From: Octopus sinensis
Lineage: Eukaryota
Assembly (NCBI RefSeq): GCF_006345805.1
Contig: NC_042999.1
Location: forward strand, 84,382,001 to 84,446,000
Direction: 5' to 3'
DNA length: 64,000 nt
Below are positions 55,137 to 64,000 of the stretch, piece by piece. Position 1 is the stretch's first letter. Each line of letters begins with the position of its first letter. The notes beneath the pieces were generated by a model. The model did no database searches and was not told the origin of the DNA. It saw nothing but the letters and a program-made list of their open reading frames with translations. Made by a program: the position numbers and the translations under genes.

Positions 55137-55520
55137 TCCTCTTTTACTTGTTTCAGTCATTTGACTGTGGCCATGCTGGAGCACCGCCTTTAGTCGAGCA
55201 AATTGACCCCAGGACTTATTCTTTAGAAGCCTAGTATTTATTCTATCGGTCTTCCTTGCCGAACCGCCAAGTTACGGGGACGTAAACACACCACCATCGG
55301 TTGCCAGGCGATATTGGGGGACAAACATATACACACACATACACGTATATATACATATATACGGCAGGCTTCCTTCAGTTTCCGTCCACCAAATCCACTC
55401 ACAAGGCTTTGGTTCTCCCGAGGCTATAATAGAAGACACTTGCCCAAGGTGCCACGTAGTAGGAATGAACCCGGAACCATGTGGTTTGTAAGCAAGTCAT
55501 TTACCACACAGCCACTCTTG
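55137..55520 (-). mobile_element. tRNA-derived CORE-type SINE, family C, full length
   Basis: Minus head agagtggctgtgtggtaa...ccgggttcattcc, CORE-like accttgggcaagtgtc, tail ggcggtgctccagcatggccacagtc. Confidence 0.88.
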
Positions 55521-56388
55521 TGCCTATTTGAATTTGTTTATTCAGTCTGTGCTATTACTGCTTTTGCTGTCTCTTATTAGGCTTGTTGTAGTCTGTTTTT
55601 CTGATACTGTCTTTGTTATTGTTTATGTTACTGTTTTGGGTTCCTTCTTGTCTTTGTTGTTGTTTTTCAGTCATTGTTTTGTCACGTTTGATTGTTTTGT
55701 AATATATTTGCTTCCTCTAGAGACTTTGGATCTAGAAGAATCAGTTCGCTTGTTGCTGATGTCCCACACATACGTTCTTTTGATGATCATTTCAATTTCT
55801 CTGAATTTCGTACGCTTTCTTGATAGTTCATCATCTTACCCATCCGAAACATGGGCTGATATTGATATTTGAGCTCCCAGGATACACAGCGAAAAGAATG
55901 CATACCTAAATTAAGATCCAGTCTTTCTCCTCAATTCTCATATATAAATCCTAAAAATATAAATGGAAAAATGGAAACCCGAGCAAAATGATTATATTCT
56001 ACAAATATTTTACAATAAAAATCTACTCACCAAGCAAAGCTAGAATAATACGCCCGGATAAAATATTGAGAAAATATCTAGGAAGCCAACATAATGCAAG
56101 AATCCAACAATGTATCTTCATAAGGTCAGACTTCTTGAGAAGATACATTCTCAAAGCAAATTAATATTAGAAAACGATGGTGTAACATTCAAAAGAAAGA
56201 ATATACGAAGAAAAATATACAATGGGCACACAAAATAATCAGCACAAATAGAAAATAATTGAGGACACAAATCGTAGCATGAAGTACATAGAATACGTAC
56301 AATGCATAGCAAAAACTGAACCTTGGAATATCAGTAAAATATAGAGGAACAAAAGTGTCCGAAAAACAAACATGCGCACACACACACA

Positions 56389-56439
<51 letters not shown>

Positions 56440-56454
56440 CATATATTTATTTTT

Positions 56455-56900
56455 TCATCTTTCACTTGTTCCAGTTATTGGACAGTGGGCATGCTAGGGC
56501 ACGGTTTTGGCGGGTTTACTCAAACACATCCACCCTTGTACTTAATCGTAATTCTGGAATATATTCTAGCAGTTTGTTTTGCCGAACCGCTGAGTTATGT
56601 GGGGCGTAAATTAACCAGGCCGTTTTTCCATCGCAAAATTTAACATTTATTTTCTCTCTCCACCCTCTCTCTGTCTCTCTTTCTGACGCATGCACACAAA
56701 GACACACACACACACATATATACACATACGCGCACACACGCATAGACATCTGTATGTGTTTATCAGTGTATGTCTCGCCGCCTATTAAATCCACTCATAA
56801 TATTTTGGTCGGCCTGGGACTATAGTAGAATACAATTGTCCAAAGATTCTCACTGCGGAATTGAATGAACCCAAAACCACATGGTTGGTAAATAAGCTTC
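56455..56900 (-). mobile_element. Degenerate SINE family C
   Basis: Matches segments of 55137-55520 (gccgaaccgc..gttatg, aaatccactca, ccaaaaccacatggttgg). Confidence 0.72.
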
Positions 56901-57019
56901 TTAATTACACACCCATATACATACATATATGCATATAAATACATACGCACACACGCACGCACACACATATACATATATATATATGTATATATATATATAT
57001 ATCTATATATGTATATATA

Positions 57020-57138
<119 letters not shown>

Positions 57139-58434
57139 ATGACGGAATTTGAAAAACACTCAAGAGTAAGAAATTCTAAAGGGGTAGAAAAGTAACAAAT
57201 ACTATCTATAGCTGGATATTATCAAATACAAACGAGGCATTTTTCATATGGACCAATGTGAATGAAATCGGAAGATACAATTCAGTGATAAAATAGGATC
57301 ATCAACGCAAAATTGATATCTTACTATTATAGATATCAGGAAAATGAACACGCACACCAATTTCAAAAGTTTTATTGAAACAATGCAAGCAATAACGAAT
57401 CTAGTTACAAGAGCAAATTCAAAACTCACTCAGATTCATACATAAAGGAATATCAAAACAGAAGTAAAACATGGATGTAAGAGAAAATATCTGTAACGGC
57501 GGAAAATAGACAAGGGCGGTAAAAACTACAGAAGTACAAACATGGCACTAGAGAATTATAAGAAAGCATTAAACGTTTCAAAAGTGAACGTCGAAAATTC
57601 CTGAGAATATATCGTTACAGGAAACGAAAATTATTGACTCAACAAAACAAAAATGACTCTGCAAGACCGATTTAAAAATAAATTAGAAATAAACGTAACA
57701 ACAAATCCAAGAGTTGTATAAGAATGCTAAGGAAGAACATGGGTAGTGAACGAACCATTCTGCACGAAATTGTAGGCTGAGAATATTTACAGATGGCGAT
57801 TTAAATCAATCTCTGAAGCTAGGCGTAAAAAACCGTAAGATGGGAACAACACTAACTTTTCCCTGCGCAGATAAAGAAAAAACTTCATGTAAAGTTGAAG
57901 CGTTCCATTAGACAGTCGAGAAAAGGAAAACATTATATTGTCTGTCGTTCGCTGAATACATTTTCCTTGTATTCTTCTGATTCCTCTATCACTTAAGGTC
58001 CGTGAAGGGAATCTTAAAGAGTTATGATCCATTATTGATCTTTGTCCCATGAGAAATACATGGGAATTCGGCGGGCGATTCAGGTGATAATTATAGCTAA
58101 AAATCGAGAAAGAAGTCCCCAACCAATATCAATGGAAATGTTGCAGAACATAATAGTGCTATAGAAGTGCAGAACAGCAAATTGCTTTAATTGCAGACGC
58201 ATTAATCAAATTAGAAAATTTAGGCATATTGTAAAAGAATTGCACCACCGGAGTCCACTGCAACCAATACAAATAATGAACAAAAATTTTTTAAAATCAA
58301 GCAATGCTTTAAAAAAAGTACAACTAAGTCAACAAACAAAAACAATAGCAACAGGAAAAAATGTTCGAAAGGCAATAAAAAGAACAAACAAATCCCTTTA
58401 AAATGATCTTTCACTATCTCCACAATTATTCTTC

Positions 58435-58471
58435 TTATATCATCATCATCATCATCATCATCATCATTATC

Positions 58472-58503
<32 letters not shown>

Positions 58504-58731
58504 TATCTTCATCATCATCATCGTTACCAACACCATTGTCGTCATCGTCGTCGGTTTTTTTGTTGTCATTCCTTAGGTTTGTTAATGAGGACAATGGAAA
58601 TAAATTATTAGCAAACATTTAAGTTGTAGCTGCTGTTGCTACTACTACTACTACTACTACTACTCCTACTACTACTACTAACTACTACTACTACTATTAC
58701 TACTATTACTACTACTACTATAACTACTACG

Positions 58732-58774
<43 letters not shown>

Positions 58775-58870
58775 TACTACTACTACTACTACTACAAATA
58801 CTACTAAATCTACTACTACTACTACAACAAATACCCTTCCTTCTAATACTCCTACCACTGATACTATGAT
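58435..58870. repeat. (CAT)n and (ACT)n low-complexity tracts
   Basis: Direct reading; source of poly-D and poly-T ORFs. Confidence 0.92.
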
Positions 58871-59343
58871 GTTGACGAAGACCACTCTTTCTAATAAATA
58901 ATTTAGGCTAAATATTTCTTAATGTATGATATTTAAACTTACTTCCTCAAAGAATGTCATGTAGTTTTGTGATTTAATAATTCCGTGATAACATCAACGA
59001 ATTATATATTCCAGTGCTTTCTACGCCTTGAAGATACTTTAGTTTGTTTGTTTACGTCAATTTCTCTTTAAAAATACTGTTGGCTTTGCTGATTGTGGAG
59101 TAGCTGATAACTTGAGAAAGAAAAGAAAATGGTTGGCTAAGCGAAAAGTAAGTCAAAATGCTGAATTCTTTAAGTATATTCATTTCTGCCATTTCCGTGT
59201 TTGTCTTGGAGCAAATGTAGTCTTCGATGCCTTTAGAGCATTGAGAAAATATCAAATCAATTTCAAGAATTTTGTGTGTATGTATATGTACATACATACG
59301 TACATACATACATACATACATACATACATACACACGCACATAT

Positions 59344-59391
<48 letters not shown>

Positions 59392-59608
59392 CATACATAT
59401 GTACTTATACATACATACACACAGACACACGCATACACGCATGTATATATGGGACTATTGTTGATTTTGAGTTACTAAGAAATCGCGGTTGAATGGAAAA
59501 GAATGTAGAGGACTGGGCTGTTGGCATCGCCTTGTATATTATGTTAAATGATACGAGAGTAATTAAAACATCGAGATGTAAATCAGATGAAAGTAATTAT
59601 ATTAGTGG

Positions 59609-59642
<34 letters not shown>

Positions 59643-59919
59643 TATTATTATTATTATTATTATTATTTTAAGCGTCAGAAACATTGGTGTTGGTGAGAAT
59701 GCCTATAGAGGCATATAATGTCCTTAGGGAGAGGTTCCTGTAAGACATGGGAACCCCTAATGTAAAGGCCACGAGTAGGTTTTAAAGGGGTTCCCAGAGG
59801 AACCCCAGCAACTCATGGACTTTTAGCCACCTGATCCACAGCGACACATGAGCGGTAAGTAGACGCTCTTGTCTCTTTTCTCAATTCTGTCCGGTCATCA
59901 ACTGGTGTCTAAGAGGAGG

Positions 59920-61195
59920 TACTATAAATGTTTGTGACCGGGGATCGCCCTGGAGGCAGGGTCACCTGCTCAACGACCTCAGGTCATTATCTACGGATGT
60001 GGCAGCCATCAGCAAAACTAGGATTTCCGATACACACGATCTACCCCCCCCCCCCCAGCATTTTGGACGATTTCGATATCTATGCATTTCTTAGTCAGCC
60101 TGGAATAGGGGTGGCGGGTTAGCAGTGCTGTTTAGGAAAAACCTGGGTCTCGAGATACGGATGTTCTTCCTGGACTCGGAAGGTAAGTTGGCGGCCCTGG
60201 ATGTGAACAATAGCGGAGGTGGTGCTTTCAGACTAGTCGCTGTGTACGTCCTAACTGAGGCAGAGCAACCAGATTTCTTAAGACATTTGGAGGTTTTCCT
60301 TGGGATAGTTCGCTCTTTAGTTCTAGTGGGCGACGGAACGCCATTTTTGATGCACACTTGGGTAGGGTGTGCTAGCCGACAGGGGAGTGGGGTGCAAAAG
60401 CCTCACAAACCTGCTCAGTCGTTTCCAATTGGCCAACAGGTACCGACTGGACTTCCCTAATATGCCAATGTGGACATGGGCAAACAACACACAGTCTTCC
60501 AGATCCTATTTAGATAGGATATTCTGTAGGCCAGTAGATAGAAGTAGCATAGGTTGTCCACAGTTCAAAGTTATCGGCTACACAGGCCACAAGTTTGTCA
60601 TCTGCACAGTCAACCTAGATAAGATTCACAGGCAGGGCCCCAGGTACTGGAAGCTGAACGAGTCTTTCCCAGCGTGTCAATTATTGAGAAACTTAGAGTA
60701 ATCTAGGATAGAGTAATCTAGGATAGAAAGAGAGCTAGTTAGTAAGCTAGATGAGGCGCTTAGGAGCAGCATTGCGACTGACGTGATGGCGGCGAGATTG
60801 TTCAATGTCAAGCACGAAGGTTGCGTTGTCAGAGCTAAGACATGAGAGGACGAAAATCGTTCGATGGGCCCGGGTGGTAGAGGTGCAACATGGCAATAAA
60901 CCCACAATTCGGTCTTTGATGGTTGGGGAAGGGCGTATGCTACACGAATCCAAGCAGATGTGTACGGAGTTTCAGAAGCACGTCACCGAACTGTTCGGAG
61001 CAAGTGGTGTGTCGAGGATGGAGGGAGATTTCACCTCCTACCTCGATAGCATGCCGTGCCTTTCGGCCAGAGATGTAGAGTTCTGCAAAATGTCGTTAAC
61101 AGCCGAAGACATACGGGACGCGATGACGAGCATCACAAAGGGGAAGTCTCCGGAGCTGTATAGTCTGCCCTTTGAATTTTATCTTCATATGTCAA
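59920..61195 (+). mobile_element. L1/Tx1-clade LINE ORF2 fragment (APE endonuclease to start of RT), decayed
   Basis: FRLVAVYV, LVLVGD, WTWAN..RSYLDRIF, GHKFV, GPRYWKLN, then GKSPELYSLPFEFY. Truncated at (TAT)n. Confidence 0.88.
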
Positions 61196-61256
61196 GAGAT
61201 GGATACAAGCTATTATACTTATTATTATTATTATCATCATCATCATTATTATTATT

Positions 61257-61430
61257 GAAGGCGGTGAGCTGGCAGAATGGTAAGCACATAGGGTAAATTG
61301 CATAGCGGTATTTCTTTCATCTTTACTTTTTGTGTTCAAATTCCACCGAGGTCGACTTTGCCTTTCATCCTTTCGGGGATCGATAACTTAAGTACCAGTG
61401 AAACACTGGGGTCGATGTAATCAACTAATC
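61257..61430 (+). mobile_element. SINE family A, diverged
   Basis: gaaggcggtgagctggcag...gttcaaattccaccgaggtcgactttgcc. Confidence 0.85.
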
Positions 61431-61496
61431 CTTTAGTAAAAAGGATTAGTAATACTATCATCATCATCATCATTATTTTTATTATTATTATTATTC

Positions 61497-64000
61497 AGTA
61501 GTTTTATTTTTATAGCGTGCTTTCACTTCACTACCGAGCGCAGCTCTGTGTGCCTTGGGTATGTGCTGTGATTTGTTGTGATGCTCTGATGGTTATTGTA
61601 TGGAAAGTGTTCTGCGTAGGATGTGTGCAGTGCCTAGTAGTGCAATTTTCTGTATGTTATATGTGTTTGTAACTCCTGGTGTTTTTGTTATGTATTTGTC
61701 TGAATATTTTTTTATCATGCCTAATGCACCTACTATGATAGGAATTGTTTCTGTTTTCAGATTCCACATTCTAGTTACCTCTATTTCCAGGTCTTTGTAT
61801 TTTGAGAGTTTCTCCATTTCTTTTAGAGACACGTTGTCATCTGCCGGTATTGATACATCAATTAGAAAGCATTTTTTTCTTCATGACAACAATATCTGGT
61901 CTGTTGGCCTTAATTTCTTTATCTGTGTGTATCGGCATATCCCAGAGTATGGTTGCTTTCTCGTTTTCTGTGACCTTTTCTGGTGTGTGCCTATACCATC
62001 TTTTTTCTGTTGTTATTCCACAACGTTGGCATAGCTTCCAATGTATGTAGGTTCCAACTCTGTCATGTCTGTGAATATATTCCTTCTTAGCCAGGACTGG
62101 GCAGCTAGAGATATGATTTATTGTTTCTTGTCCATCTCCACATATTCTGCAGTTACTTGTAATATTTCTTTTCATTACATGTTTTTGGTAATTTCTGGTG
62201 GGGAGGCTTTGGTCTTGTGCTGCAATTAAAAATCCCTCTGTTTCTGCTTTGAGTCCTGAGCTTCTCAACCATTGCTGGGATTTTTCTTTGTCTATTTCTT
62301 TTGCGTTTAGTTTAGTGCAGTATTTACCATGAAGGGGCTTTTCTTGCCATCGTTTTATCATGGTTCGTTGCTGTTCTATTTTTAGTTTGGATTTCATTTG
62401 TTTTATAGCTTTTGTTGTTTCTTTATCATCTTCTTCTTCTTTGTGTTTATTAGGTGGTATGATTTCTTGTTTGTATTTGTCAGCTTCCTTAAATACTGAG
62501 AACAGTTTTTTGTTTTGCTCGTGTTCTGCCGCTATCTGGATCAGTTTTCCTTCCTTCTGAAGTAGATATTTTTGCAGTCCTATGGTGGTTATTTTATAGT
62601 AGTTTTGCAGCTGTATAAGGCCTCTACCACCTTCTATACGTTGTATATATAGTCTTTCTATGTCAGATTTTGGGTGATGCATCCTAGATCCTGTCATTGT
62701 TTTTCTTGTTTTCCTATCTATTTTGGACAGTTCATTTCGTGTCCAGTTAAGGATATTGTAGCTGTAACTTATAACTGGGACAGCTAAAGTGTTGATACCT
62801 ATTATCTTGTTTTTAGCATTGAGCTCTGTTTTCAGTATTGATCTAACTCGTCTATAATATTCTTTTTTTATTTTCTCTTTCATTTGTGTGTGTTGTGTCT
62901 TATCTAGTTCATGGATTCCTAAGTATTTGTAAGTTTGGCTTTGGTCTAATTCTTTTATTTCATTCGTTTTATCTAGTGTGATGTTGTTACTCTTAACTAG
63001 TTTTCCTCTTTTCATGGTTACTTTGGCGCATTTTTCTAATCCAAATTTCATATCTATTTCTTTGGTAAATCCATGAACTGTCTTTAATAGTGTTTCCAGC
63101 TGTTTGTCATTTGCAGTGTATAGTTTTAGGTCATCCATATATAAAAGGTGGCTGATCGTTTTGCCGTAACATTTTTATCCGCATCCAGTTCTATTTAGCA
63201 TATCAGATAGAGGTGACAGTGCCAAGCAGAAAAGGAGTGGAGAGAGCGTGTCTCCCTGGAATATTCCTCTTCTAATGTCTTTGGTTTTCATGAGTCCCTC
63301 TTTTGTTTGGAGGTGTAGGACTGTTTGCCATTTATTCATAGAGTGCTCTATGAATTTTATGAATTTTATGATTGTTGGTGCTACTTTGTTAATGGCTAGT
63401 GTTTCGAGGATCCATGTGTGGTGGTTGCTATCAAACGCCTTTTTGTAGTCAATCCAGGCCATACTGAGGCCTTTCTTCTTTCTGTGGCTGTCTTCAGTTA
63501 CGGCTTTATTAATCATTAGTTGATCTTTACAGCCATATGAGCCTTTGCGGCATCCTCTCTGCTCTTCTGGGAACAGTTTGTTTTCGTCCAGCTGCTTGTT
63601 CAGCCTTTGCGATATCACTGCAGTAAATGCCTTGAACATAGTAGGGAGGCAGGTTATTGGTCTGTAGTTTTCTGGTTTTGCTGTTTCATTTGATTTGGCA
63701 ATTAAGATGGTTTTCCCCTTCGTGAGCCATTCAGGCATTGTCTCTGGCTCCGCTAGTACTTTGTTAAAGTTTTCAGCCAGCTTTTTGTGCATTCCTGTTA
63801 GATATTTCAACCAGAAGTTGGGGATCTTGTCATGCCCAGGTGCCTTCCAGTTGCTTAGTTTTTGCAGTGCCTGGGTGACCTCTTCAGTTGTTATGGGGGT
63901 CCAAAGTTGTTCAGATGCCGAGTTTGTTATTTTGATACTCCTTTTTTTTGGCTGTTCGTTCGCCGACCATATTTCTCTCCAGAATTCTTCCAATTCTTCT
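61497..64000 (-). mobile_element. R4/Dong-clade LINE copy 2 (same family as 3245-6490), runs off the window
   Basis: ORFs 63175-63993 (RT N-half, GIFQGDTLSPLL), 61858-63138 (MDDLKLY...CRIC..H..C...RPDIVV) and 61593-61832 (REL C-terminus). (TAA)n tail. Confidence 0.95.

Noticed and set aside
57240-58120. Very old LINE ORF2 linker or RT remnant on the + strand
   Set aside because: Only vague motif resemblance amid many stops; not supportable by eye

Overview
AT-rich eukaryotic non-coding DNA, intergenic or deep intronic. It is most likely from Octopus or another coleoid cephalopod; this is inferred from recognised SINE/LINE families and the dense (TA)n, (AAT)n, (GATA)n and (CA)n tracts, not from a search. 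No host protein-coding exon, rRNA, true tRNA or CRISPR array can be supported, and most ORFs in the supplied track are microsatellite artefacts. The window is a mosaic of mobile DNA. Non-LTR elements: two copies of one R4/Dong-type REL-endonuclease LINE family plus two older R4 remnants, a 5'-truncated RTE LINE with an in-frame PHD finger and a tandemly amplified 3' UTR, a CR1 LINE and CR1 3' tails, and L1/Tx1-like fragments. There are also at least five Penelope-like (PLE) pieces, three mariner relics, MITEs and three tRNA-derived SINE families. The most notable observations are: (i) several hammerhead ribozyme motifs, two with recognisable type I folds (29563-29610, 51962-52055); (ii) perfect fold-back palindromes abutting (TA)n tracts; (iii) a tail-to-tail SINE dimer flanked by one 9-bp direct repeat; (iv) a three-template rearrangement at 1099-1729; (v) a PLE with long in-frame Asn-rich linkers. 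None of these is demonstrably a new biological system; they are testable candidates.
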